This document shows positions 20,186-30,478 of a stretch of DNA of 54,407 nucleotides, piece by piece. Source of the DNA: an uncultured Calothrix sp. (GTDB lineage: Bacteria; Cyanobacteriota; Cyanobacteriia; Cyanobacteriales; Nostocaceae); contig CAKZYM010001130.1 in assembly GCA_937884685.1 (NCBI GenBank), positions 1 to 54,407 of the forward strand, read 5' to 3'. The notes below the pieces were generated by a model, which was not told the DNA's origin, made no database searches, and saw only the letters and a program-made list of their open reading frames with translations. Numbering within the stretch: position 1 is the stretch's first letter; the number at the start of each line of letters is the position of its first letter. The position numbers and the translations under genes are program-made.

Positions 20186-22462
20186 ATGACCGTTGAAAAT
20201 GATACAGATGGGATTTCTTATACAGAAATACCACAACAAACAAATTCAAATGGAGGAGTTATAGAAGCTCCACCTGTTGATTATGGTAATACTTTTAAAT
20301 TGCATAGCAATCCAGATGCTAAACATACCATCTATTTAGATTTTGACGGTCATGTAACAGAAGATGCTAACTGGAAAAATGGCGCAAGAATTGATTCACC
20401 AGCATACGATACGAATGGTGATTCCTCTTCTTTTACTAACGAGGAACTTGAGACAATTCAAAAAATTTGGCAGCGAGTGACCGAAGATTTTGCTCCTTTT
20501 AATGTAAATGTCACTACAGAAGAACCTGATATAGAAGATTTACAAAAAATTGGAGATGGAGATGATAGATGGGGTATCCGAACAGTTATAACCCAAGACA
20601 CAGATACTCAAATTGCTCCTGGTTCTGGTGGTATTGCTAATGTTTATAGCTTTAATTGGAATACGGATACACCTGCGTTTTCTTTTAACAAAGGTGAAAA
20701 CAATGCTGCAATGACTATCAGTCATGAAGTTGGTCATACTTTAGGGCTGAATCATGATGGTATTTTCCCTAGCACCGAGTATCACCCCGGTTTTGGTAGT
20801 GGAGATACTAGTTGGGGTCCAATCATGGGCGCACCTTTTGGGAAGAGTCTTACTCAGTGGAGTCAGGGAGATTACAAAAATGCCGATAACACTGGTTCAA
20901 ATGCGAATTTTTTTAGTGGAGAAGATGATTTAGAAATTATCACTACTGAAAATGGCTTTGACTATTGTGTTGACGATTACGGTAATAGTAAGACTACAGC
21001 TTTTAAACTCACACCAACTAATACTGGCACCGTGAGTGCTTTTGGTATCATCGAACGCAACACCGATGTTGATGTCTTTTCCTTTGTAACTGCTACGGGT
21101 AATGTATTGTTTAGCATTGAGCCTAGTTCTCAAGTGTATCTTTCTGATGGCAATGGTAAATATACGTTAGAGTATCTGGACTCACGCGGGTCAAATTTAG
21201 ATATTCTGGCAAAACTTTACAGTGCTGATGGTACTTTGATTGCAGAATCTAATCCAGTAGAATCTTTATTCGCTTCCTTCGATTTATCTTTGGATGCTGG
21301 AGAGTATTACATCCATGTTGAAGGTACTGGAAAAGGCGACCCATTTGCAGAAAATCCCGATGGTTATACTGACTACGGTAGTCTGGGTCAGTATCAAATA
21401 AACGGTAACGTTGTCGAATCTCCCGATACCAACAATACCAAGCAACTGACCGAAGTAAATTCCTCTCTAGATATCTTTAATATTTCTGGAGAAACTGGTA
21501 TATCGAAACTGCAAGTAACTTTTAGTAGTGTAAATTCGGATGGAATCAACGAACTTGGAGTATTTGCAGTTGATGATCAACAAGGTAGCATCGATGGTAT
21601 TCTTCCTAGTGAATCAGGTTATGCAAAAGCAGCTTTAGAGCGAGCAAAAGTTGTGTTCTCTGCTTTAACTAATTCTCCGAATGGTTTTGGTAGTCAAACT
21701 AAAAACCGTTTGATAGAATTCCCAGATAATACAAACATCCGTTTCTACTTGGTAGATAACAGTACTACCAATGCTGTACTCTCGGGTAAAACATCCATTT
21801 CACAAGTCATTTTCTCAGATACCACTACCTTAAAAGTAGAAACTCAAAGCCAAGAAGAATTTTCCTTGGGTTGGAATGATACAAATGATGGTAATTTCAG
21901 CGATTTAATTGTAAAAATTGAGCAAACAGATAATCAATTACCTTTGGGTACAAATCTTCAAAATTCAACACAAGCTGAATTAATTGATTTAACTGATTTG
22001 ACTCAATCAGTAGTAACTGCAAACTTTTCTGTATTTAGAGAAGCAGCATTCAACAACGAAGTTTACTTCTATAAAGTTGACGCTGATGGAAAAGTTGACA
22101 GATTCGACCCTAATACCAATATCTACCAAAAATCAGCTCTCGATAATCTGGTCAAAGATGCAGTTACCGGTGAAATAGTCAAATTTAGTGCAGCTAATCA
22201 AGGTGTAAAACCTGGAACTGCTCAAATTGAAACGGGTTCGATTATTGCTCCTTTGATTATTGTCAACGGTAGTCTTGACCAACTTACCGACAGCGATAGT
22301 AGTAATAATCCTGAAATTTACTTCCCATATTCGGGAGCGAATGCAGACGGAGTTGACCACATTCGTTTACTTGCTGATAATACCTTTGGTTTTGAGGACT
22401 TACCCAACGGTGGTGACTCTGACTATAACGACTTGATTGTCAAGATAAACTTTAGCATTTAA
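20186..22462 (+). CDS. Secreted metzincin zinc metalloprotease with PPC-like domain and C-terminal DUF4114-like domain
   Basis: HEVGHTLGLNH zinc motif, Met-turn PIMG, TIYLDFDGH; C-terminal DHIRLLADNTFGFEDLPNGGDSDYND; GGAG RBS. Confidence 0.85.
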   Translation: MTVENDTDGISYTEIPQQTNSNGGVIEAPPVDYGNTFKLHSNPDAKHTIYLDFDGHVTEDANWKNGARIDSPAYDTNGDSSSFTNEELETIQKIWQRVTEDFAPFNVNVTTEEPDIEDLQKIGDGDDRWGIRTVITQDTDTQIAPGSGGIANVYSFNWNTDTPAFSFNKGENNAAMTISHEVGHTLGLNHDGIFPSTEYHPGFGSGDTSWGPIMGAPFGKSLTQWSQGDYKNADNTGSNANFFSGEDDLEIITTENGFDYCVDDYGNSKTTAFKLTPTNTGTVSAFGIIERNTDVDVFSFVTATGNVLFSIEPSSQVYLSDGNGKYTLEYLDSRGSNLDILAKLYSADGTLIAESNPVESLFASFDLSLDAGEYYIHVEGTGKGDPFAENPDGYTDYGSLGQYQINGNVVESPDTNNTKQLTEVNSSLDIFNISGETGISKLQVTFSSVNSDGINELGVFAVDDQQGSIDGILPSESGYAKAALERAKVVFSALTNSPNGFGSQTKNRLIEFPDNTNIRFYLVDNSTTNAVLSGKTSISQVIFSDTTTLKVETQSQEEFSLGWNDTNDGNFSDLIVKIEQTDNQLPLGTNLQNSTQAELIDLTDLTQSVVTANFSVFREAAFNNEVYFYKVDADGKVDRFDPNTNIYQKSALDNLVKDAVTGEIVKFSAANQGVKPGTAQIETGSIIAPLIIVNGSLDQLTDSDSSNNPEIYFPYSGANADGVDHIRLLADNTFGFEDLPNGGDSDYNDLIVKINFSI

Positions 22463-23135
22463 AAAATCTACAGATGGGATGTCTGTTAATACCACAATTT
22501 AATAGTAAGGTAATTAGTGGTATCGGCATATCTACCCACTCAATTCTACTTACCTACAAATTATTTTCACCAAATTCCAACACCAATATTCTTAAAAACT
22601 TCACTATTTACTTATTTTGTATCAGAATAAACCCTGATTAATTTAAATACAATTTGGGCTATTTACCGATAGTGTAACTATACTGCTATTTATTTCAGTT
22701 ACTCCCTATCACTATCAGAATCATTATGTCAAGGATAATTTTACCATTTTAATAATAATTGATGAATTACCTATGGGAGCAGGTTTAACAGCCTGCTTTT
22801 GTTTTTATTCAATAGAAACCATATATCCATATTTAATAGGGGTTAAACTATTAAATATCTTGTCCCAAACCATAAATTGTGTAAAAACTGTAAAAAAAAA
22901 GACGTATACCTTTACTATACTCTTGGCAAACACATGAGTTTTTAACTACTATATTTTTCAGTAATTACTCGAATGGCATATGTTCCTATATCTAGGTATT
23001 AATAACATTCAGCAGTTATTACTAAAATGTTGTCCTTTATTCTTTATTAACCAGATAACAACCTGTTAATAACTTTATAGATATACTTTGATTGAAACAA
23101 TTTATAACAGCAGCACCCCGAATGATACTGATATT

Positions 23136-23894
23136 ATGAGCGCACTTTTACAAATTGGCGACCGCGCTATTAGTGTTGATGAGATTCTTCCGTTGCTTAA
23201 GCAATACGGAATGCTGCCTCAGTTGCTAAAAGAAATTGTCATTGATAATGCAACTGCTTCCATAACACTTTCCGAAGAAGAAGTTACTGAAGCATATAAA
23301 CAGTTTTATCAGCAGCAGCAGTTAGGAGATGAAGAACAATTACAAGCTTGGCTCAAATCCCGTGGCTTGGGACGCGAACAGCTAGATTATCTCGTAACTC
23401 GTACTCTTCGTTTAGAAAAATTTAAACAAGATACCTGGGGAGCAAAAGTAGAACCATATTTTCTTCAGCGTAAAGAAAAGTTAGATAAAGTAATCTATTC
23501 GCTGATTCGGGTTAATGATATTGCTGTTGCTCAAGAATTATACTTTCGGGTTCAAGAAGACGAGCAGCCTTTTGCAGAACTTGCCCGTGAGTATTCCAAG
23601 GGTCCCGAAGCACAGACGGGAGGGTTGATTGGTCCGGTAGAGTTAGGGGTTCCCCATCCAGTATTAGCAAAAATGTTGCTCAAATCTCAGCCGGGACAAG
23701 CATTACCACCAACTCGCTTGGGAGATTGGATTTTAATTGTGCGATTGGAACAATTTATTCCCGCACAATTAGATGCAGCTACCCATAAGCGACTGTTAAA
23801 CGAGCAATTTGAAACCTGGCTGCAAGGAGAAATATCTTCTGCTATCAAAAATAGTCATTTATCGGTAGGCGAAGATGATTCTAAAACGGATTAA
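23136..23894 (+). CDS. PpiC/parvulin-type peptidyl-prolyl isomerase associated with type I secretion
   Basis: YSLIRV, FAELAREYS, GGLIGP motifs; precedes hlyB-hlyD; ATG 23136 preferred over TTG 23088. Confidence 0.85.
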   Translation: MSALLQIGDRAISVDEILPLLKQYGMLPQLLKEIVIDNATASITLSEEEVTEAYKQFYQQQQLGDEEQLQAWLKSRGLGREQLDYLVTRTLRLEKFKQDTWGAKVEPYFLQRKEKLDKVIYSLIRVNDIAVAQELYFRVQEDEQPFAELAREYSKGPEAQTGGLIGPVELGVPHPVLAKMLLKSQPGQALPPTRLGDWILIVRLEQFIPAQLDAATHKRLLNEQFETWLQGEISSAIKNSHLSVGEDDSKTD

Positions 23895-24192
23895 TCTTAT
23901 TTTAGATTTTGTACAAAGTTGGGAGAAGTGTTCTTTTCCCAAGCTTTCTAAGATAGGTTTTGGATTTTGGATGAAAATTTCAACTTTTTCAAGCTAACTC
24001 GGTTTAGCTGAAAATCATAAAATATATGATTTTTTAAAGCGCATTATTGTCGTCAGTCAGTCCTATAAGAAAAGAAACGCATCACCATTTCATTTAATCC
24101 AAAATCCAAATTTTTAAATTTCAGGTGTATCTCCGGGATTAATCCAAAATTCATTAACGAAATGTGTCTTTATGGCATAATGCAAAATTCCC

Positions 24193-27100
24193 ATGACTTA
24201 TACAACAACTAACATCCAAGAATTTTTAGCGGAGATTGCTCCCTTTAACCAGCTACAACCGTCTTCAATGACAAGGCTTTTACAAAAAGCACAGTTGTTC
24301 CGCTACCGTATGGGGCAGGTGATTCTGGCTAAGGAAAAAATGCCAGCCCAGGTATCTATTCTTTTTTCCGGTCAAGTCCGTTTATTAGGTTATCAAGCTC
24401 AAACCCAAATACCCGTAACTTTGGCAAGACTGCAACCCGGAGAAGTCATGGGCTGGCTGGAAACAGTGCGGGGAGTGCCTGGATCTACCGCTATAGCTTC
24501 GACGGAAGTTATTTGTATTAACTTTGATGCTGCTGAATTTTTGGCTTTACTAGGTCAGGAAGACAGCTTTGGCACATATTTTTATAATCGCGCGGGAATA
24601 GTTGAAGTATTTGAATTGCTCTGCAAGCAACTAGGAAGTCTTGCAAATAACCAATTAATTTTACAAGCATCCGGATGTGCTAACTATAAAGAGTTAGCGC
24701 TGAAAGTTTTCGATGAGACCCAAGTCGTTAACTTAGTTAATCGCGATGCTACAAGCCAGTTAAATCCCGATTACGTATGGTTGATCAGTGGAGGAACAGT
24801 TTCTCCTGAACTAATTGGCAATCGTTTTGGACAAGATGAATCTGTGCCACGAGGAAGTCGGATTCGTTTATTAGGGGTTAAAGCAAATGTCTTTTCACCA
24901 CCAGAAGACATGGTGCAAGATACCACAGAAGAAGCCCAACAAGCAGACATTACAGAAGTTATTCCTGCTGGGGAGTCTTCAGGAACATACGACGATATTC
25001 CCTATGCACCAAACGAACCACCTGAAGCCGAAAGAAATTACAAGCAGGACTCTGCTGCTGCGATTAAATATCCCCACGTGCGCGGTAGCGGTGGAGTAAA
25101 TGCTATTCTTGCTTGTTTCCAGATGTTGAGCAAACATCTAAATATGCCCTTCCGCAAGGAAGTTATTCGTAAAGTTTTAGTAAACCAGCAAAAGCGCACT
25201 GGTTCGCTGTCGTTGCAGCAGTGCGGTGCTGTAGCTCAGTTAGTAGGTTTAAGACCCCAACTAGTCGGCGTACCCTCTGGTGCATTAGGAAGAATTGAAC
25301 CACCTGCAATAGTCCAATGGCAAGATAGTTTTGCGGTACTCTACGAAATTAGCCCCAAAAATATCGTAGTTGGTGTCCCGGAATCGGGAATCTTGAACCA
25401 AAAAACTTCAGATGTCGCACAGGTACTGCTTCAGTCCCAACCTCAAACCGAAGAACAACAAGATGCCATTCCTGTATTGCTGCTGCAAGCCACTGAAGAA
25501 ACCCCCCAGCAAAAATTTGGGTTAAGTTGGTTTTTACCTTCTTTAAATAAATATAAAGGCGTACTTGTCGAAGTATTTATTGCTTCCTTCTTCGTACAAC
25601 TATTTGGTTTGGCAAATCCCCTTGTAACCCAGGTAATTATTGACAAGGTAATTAACCAAAACAGTCCGGACACGCTACAAGTTCTCGGTGTATTTTTGCT
25701 AGTTATTGCAGTATTTGAAGCAGTACTTACTAGTATTCGGACTTATTTATTTGTCGATACTACCAACCGCATTGACCTAGCTCTGGGTTCGGAAATTATC
25801 GACCATTTACTGCGGCTACCATTACGTTACTTTGAAAAGCGACCCGTAGGTGAACTTTCCACTCGGGTAAACGAATTAGAAAAAATTCGCAGCTTTTTAA
25901 CCGGAACCGCCTTAACAGTGGTTTTAGATGCGGTTTTCTCCGTAATTTACATCGTAGTAATGTTTATCTACAGTTGGATACTAGCCTTAGTAGCCCTGGG
26001 AACATTACCGCTATTTGCCATCCTCACCTTTGTCGTTTCTCCCATAGTGCGCCGACAGCTACGGCATAAAGCCGAACGTAACGCTCACGCACAATCCCAC
26101 TTAGTAGAAATTCTATCGGGTATCCAGACAGTTAAAGCCCAAAATATTGAATTACGCTCTCGCTGGCAGTGGCAGGAGCGTTACGCTAGTTATGTTAGTG
26201 CTGGGTTCAAAACAGTTAAAACTTCTACTGCTGCTGGTTCTACAAGTGGCTTTCTTAACAAACTTTCCGGCTTGCTGGTACTGTGGGTGGGAGCTTATCT
26301 AGTATTAGAAGGAACGCTAACTTTAGGACAGTTAATCGCCTTTCGGATTATCGCCGGTTACGTTACTTCTCCCTTGTTACGTCTTACCCAACTATGGCAA
26401 AACTTCCAAGAAACTGCTTTATCCTTGGAACGTTTAAGCGATATTATTGACTCACCTCAAGAAGCCAGCGAAGAAGACAAAGGTAATATTCCCATGCCGA
26501 TGATTGAAGGAGCAGTCAAATACGATGACGTTTCCTTCCGCTTCAAACCCACCGGTCCCATGCAGTTAAACAACATTAGCTTGGAAATTCCACCAGGAGT
26601 ATTTGATGATATCGTAGGACAAAGTGGTTCTGGTAAGAGTACGCTGATGAAACTGCTACCGCGTCTTTATCCTTTGGAATCGGGACGCATTCTCATCGAC
26701 GGTTACGATATTAATAAAGTAGAACTTTACTCCCTGCGACAGCAAGTAGGGATTGTGCCGCAAGATACCCTACTTTTTGAAGGCTCAGTACAGGAAAACA
26801 TCGCCTTAAATTATCCTGATGCCACCCCAGAGGAGATTATAGAAGCAGCTAAAATAGCAGTAGCCCATGAATTTATCATGGACTTGCCTAATGGTTACAA
26901 TAGTAGAGTAGGCGAACGAGGTAGCGCTTTATCCGGCGGACAGCGACAAAGAGTCGCAATTGCCCGTACAATTTTGCAAAATCCGCGTTTGTTAATTCTT
27001 GATGAAGCTACCAGCGCCCTCGACTATGAGTCCGAACGTCAGGTATGCTTGAATTTAGCGGAAGCTTTTAAAGGAAGAACTGTTTTCTTTATTACACATA

Positions 27101-27240
27101 GACTAAGTACAATCCGTAATGCTGATATTATTTTGATGTTAGACAAAGGTTATGTTGTAGAACAAGGAACTCACCAAGAACTAATGTCACTTAAAGGGCG
27201 CTACTACTGCCTGTATCAGCAACAAGAAGCACAAATTTAA
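24193..27240 (+). CDS. hlyB: Type I secretion ABC transporter (cNMP-binding + C39-like + TMD + ATPase), HlyB family
   Basis: GQSGSGKST, LSGGQRQR, LILDEATSALD, ITHRL; transmembrane region; N-terminal cNMP-like domain. Confidence 0.92.
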   Translation: MTYTTTNIQEFLAEIAPFNQLQPSSMTRLLQKAQLFRYRMGQVILAKEKMPAQVSILFSGQVRLLGYQAQTQIPVTLARLQPGEVMGWLETVRGVPGSTAIASTEVICINFDAAEFLALLGQEDSFGTYFYNRAGIVEVFELLCKQLGSLANNQLILQASGCANYKELALKVFDETQVVNLVNRDATSQLNPDYVWLISGGTVSPELIGNRFGQDESVPRGSRIRLLGVKANVFSPPEDMVQDTTEEAQQADITEVIPAGESSGTYDDIPYAPNEPPEAERNYKQDSAAAIKYPHVRGSGGVNAILACFQMLSKHLNMPFRKEVIRKVLVNQQKRTGSLSLQQCGAVAQLVGLRPQLVGVPSGALGRIEPPAIVQWQDSFAVLYEISPKNIVVGVPESGILNQKTSDVAQVLLQSQPQTEEQQDAIPVLLLQATEETPQQKFGLSWFLPSLNKYKGVLVEVFIASFFVQLFGLANPLVTQVIIDKVINQNSPDTLQVLGVFLLVIAVFEAVLTSIRTYLFVDTTNRIDLALGSEIIDHLLRLPLRYFEKRPVGELSTRVNELEKIRSFLTGTALTVVLDAVFSVIYIVVMFIYSWILALVALGTLPLFAILTFVVSPIVRRQLRHKAERNAHAQSHLVEILSGIQTVKAQNIELRSRWQWQERYASYVSAGFKTVKTSTAAGSTSGFLNKLSGLLVLWVGAYLVLEGTLTLGQLIAFRIIAGYVTSPLLRLTQLWQNFQETALSLERLSDIIDSPQEASEEDKGNIPMPMIEGAVKYDDVSFRFKPTGPMQLNNISLEIPPGVFDDIVGQSGSGKSTLMKLLPRLYPLESGRILIDGYDINKVELYSLRQQVGIVPQDTLLFEGSVQENIALNYPDATPEEIIEAAKIAVAHEFIMDLPNGYNSRVGERGSALSGGQRQRVAIARTILQNPRLLILDEATSALDYESERQVCLNLAEAFKGRTVFFITHRLSTIRNADIILMLDKGYVVEQGTHQELMSLKGRYYCLYQQQEAQI

Positions 27241-27308
27241 TAAGAACCGGAATTGGGTATTAGGCATAGGTTAAAGGTCAAAGGTCTGCATGTTAAAGGT
27301 TTTATTTG

Positions 27309-27385
27309 TAATTCCTAACTCCTAATTCCTAACCCCTAATTCCTAACTCCTAATTCCTAATTCCTAATTCCTAACTCTTAACTCC
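27309..27385 (+). repeat. STRR-type heptamer tandem repeat, consensus TAA(T/C)TCC, 11 units
   Basis: Directly visible between hlyB and hlyD. Confidence 0.9.
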
Positions 27386-27394
27386 TAAATTCCC

Positions 27395-28945
27395 ATGACT
27401 CAACTCAACGGTAATCTCAACGGTAAGAACTCCCCACAATCCATACTCCCTAAATTCGATAAATCTCCCCAGGATTCGATTCATCAGAAAAATGGTAAAT
27501 CTCAGGTTCCCGAATTTGAGCAAGCTGTAATTTTACGGCGATCGCCATTTCTGTCGCGGGCAGCATTATGGAGTATTTTGGGCGTAACTGTGTTTACGAT
27601 TAGTTGGGCAGCCCTTAACAAAATCGACCAAGCTATCCCCGCTCAAGGAAAATTAGAACCTCAAGGAGCAGTTAGAGAAATACAGGTTCCTGTAAATGGT
27701 GTAGTAGAAAAAGTCTTTGTTAAAGACGGACAGCGAGTCAAAAAAAATGACGTGCTGCTACATCTGGATCATTCTGGTGCTGAAGCGGAACTGGCTTCTG
27801 CAAACAGAGTTCGCAAAGCTTTAATGCTGGAAAATCAGTTTTATCGTAGTTTGTTCTCGGGTAATGGTTCTGTGTCTCCAGTAGCTTCGATTAAAGTACC
27901 TCCAGAAATGGCAAGGTTAGCCCAAAGCCGCAATGCGCTATTACAAGAAAATCAATTTTTTCGAGTGTTGCTGAGCGGAAATTCTAATGGTGTTAATTTG
28001 ACCGGGGAGCAGCAACTGCGTTTATTTTCAAGTCAATCAGAATTAAGATCCCAAGCCGAACAAATTAAGTTAGAACGCGCTCAGTTACAGCAGCAACTCA
28101 CTCAAACTCAAGAAAGACTTGATAATTCTCGAAATATTCTAGTTATCAACCAAAGAATCCTTAAGAGTTTAGAAAGTTTGAATACAGAAGGTGCAATTCC
28201 TCGCTTGCAATACTTGCAGCAACAGCAGGAAGTTAACAACCGCAGGAGTGAAGTAGCTCAACTTGGTGCAGAAATACAACGTCTCAGACTGGCTATGAGC
28301 CAAACAGGTCAGCAATTACAAAATGCTTTGTCTACTTCTGCAAAAGATACATTGACTCAAATTGCAGACAATGAAAAGCGTATAGCTGAAATTGACAGCC
28401 AAATTAATAAATCAATAGTTGATAATGAAAAGCGGATTGCCGAATTAGACGGTCAAATCAAGCAAGCAAAATTAACTAGAAAGTACCAAATTGTCAGAGC
28501 TCCTGTAGATGGAACCGTATTTGATTTAAAGGCTGGTAATCCCGGTTATGTCGCAAATACCACAGAACCAGTACTAAAAGTTGTACCAGAACAATCTCTA
28601 ATGGCTGAAGTCTTTATCACTAACAAAGACATTGGCTTTGTTAGAGAAAACATGGAGGTTGATGTCAGAATTGAAAGCTATAACTTTAGCGAGTTCGGCG
28701 ATATCAAAGGTAAGTTAGTTTCTGTTGGTGAAGATGCTCTACCACCGGATGAAATCTATCCTTATTACCGTTTCCCTGCCAAAGTAGAATTGAACCGACA
28801 AACTTTAAACGCCAACGGAGAAAAATTACCTTTACAATCCGGTATGTCCGTTACAGCTAATATTAAAACACGCGACCGAAGTATATTAAGCATATTTACT
28901 GACAAATTTACAAAAACAGTTGAAAGCGTCAAATTTGTTAGATAA
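27395..28945 (+). CDS. hlyD: HlyD-family type I secretion membrane fusion protein
   Basis: Single N-terminal TM helix, AQGKLEP, long coiled coil, RAPVDGTV, LQSGMSVTANI. Confidence 0.92.
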   Translation: MTQLNGNLNGKNSPQSILPKFDKSPQDSIHQKNGKSQVPEFEQAVILRRSPFLSRAALWSILGVTVFTISWAALNKIDQAIPAQGKLEPQGAVREIQVPVNGVVEKVFVKDGQRVKKNDVLLHLDHSGAEAELASANRVRKALMLENQFYRSLFSGNGSVSPVASIKVPPEMARLAQSRNALLQENQFFRVLLSGNSNGVNLTGEQQLRLFSSQSELRSQAEQIKLERAQLQQQLTQTQERLDNSRNILVINQRILKSLESLNTEGAIPRLQYLQQQQEVNNRRSEVAQLGAEIQRLRLAMSQTGQQLQNALSTSAKDTLTQIADNEKRIAEIDSQINKSIVDNEKRIAELDGQIKQAKLTRKYQIVRAPVDGTVFDLKAGNPGYVANTTEPVLKVVPEQSLMAEVFITNKDIGFVRENMEVDVRIESYNFSEFGDIKGKLVSVGEDALPPDEIYPYYRFPAKVELNRQTLNANGEKLPLQSGMSVTANIKTRDRSILSIFTDKFTKTVESVKFVR

Positions 28946-30478
28946 ATACTTTCTTCTCTAAATTTAGAGCATAGGATTCATTTAGAGTCATAAGAAGAAG
29001 AGCAGGGTTTGAGATTTCGGTTGTTCTAGCTTGCGAACAGCCGAATTTATCGGCTAGAGGTAGAATTGGTTTAATAATCTGAGATTAATATTTTCTTGTA
29101 AGACATGTATCTCTCCCACTTGCCCAAATATAAGTCATTTGTTCTAGTGAAATATATCTAGATGTTTATTTGCTTGATACTAACTAGCAAGACGAATATT
29201 TTTGGAGACTAATTTTGCGGAACGAAATACAAAAATTTACTGCAACTGACATCTTGTAACATTTTTTATAAGCCCAAAGAAATCTGATTCTTATCAGAGA
29301 AGAATTAGTTATGGAAAACTGCGAACAGGACTATTAGCGTAAGATGCAAATTATAGTAAGTTAATGGTTTATCTCTTTTTTGAAAGATATTAGATATTGG
29401 CTTAATGTTTTTTTAATTTCCAGTTTCGTATTAAGGATCCATAACGTTTAATGAATATATTTTTCGTAGATGCAGCAGCTTTTAACAAAGCTGCTTTAAT
29501 TTTTATGGGTTATCAGCATACCATCAAATTTAAGATTTATTTAACATCTCTAATTAATATTCCATTTGGCTAATTGCGGCAGGATGTAATTCAACTATAA
29601 TTATGAGAAATTAATAAACTTTTTGTAAAGAAATAAAAAATCTATGTGAATTCCAATACTTTGCATTTTTTTAGATTATTGTGTATAAGTAGGTTTACTA
29701 AGCAAGTGTTCCCTTCTTGTCCTGTTGCTGCAAAAATTGATTCATCTCTTCTAAGAAAATGGATGATGCAGCAGTAGAAAAATTAAAATTTAATTATTTC
29801 TACTGAAAAAGCAAAATTTCATGCTCTACTTCTAGTACGTGCTGTTTGAATAGTTTCTAATCAGCATTAGTACAAGACTTCCGGAGGGCATATTAAGCAT
29901 AATGTATTGCTTTATTGCAACATAGTAATGACTTAGATAAAGTGAAGCGCTTTTAAAACCTTCCATCTCAGGGTTATTAGCTCATGCAGAGTAATAGCTT
30001 GATTTCTGCATAGCTATCTTACTAAAAAAACGGCCAGCAGTTCTTTTTTAGAGAAGTCAAATATGGATTTCTCGGTTTTTTGCGACCCAAATAATACTAG
30101 CGAAAAAATTGATTTAAATTAAATTGGCTCTCAAAACTGTTGCTGTGTAAGGCTACTAAAAATCCGGATAATTTTCTACGACGAAGGGAACATATGCAAC
30201 GCAATGTCTTCAAAAACTAAGAAGGATATATTTTTTCCAAAACATAAATCCCATCTGTAACTAAAATTTCTCGCTTGCAGAGCAGGTTTAAAAACAAATT
30301 AGCTCATGAATCTAGCAAGTAGTAATTTTGCTTCTTGCTCTACAAAATGTCGTTCCATTTCAGAAAAAAAGGTTTTTATAAATGTAGGATAACACAGCCA
30401 TTATGATTTTGAAGGCATCTACCTCAAGAAACATCTTTAAATCAAAACTAAAAATTAAAGCTAAAAAAGGAAAATAAA

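Noticed and set aside
27309-27385. Tandem repeats as a possible CRISPR array
   Set aside because: Contiguous heptamers with no spacers; no cas genes
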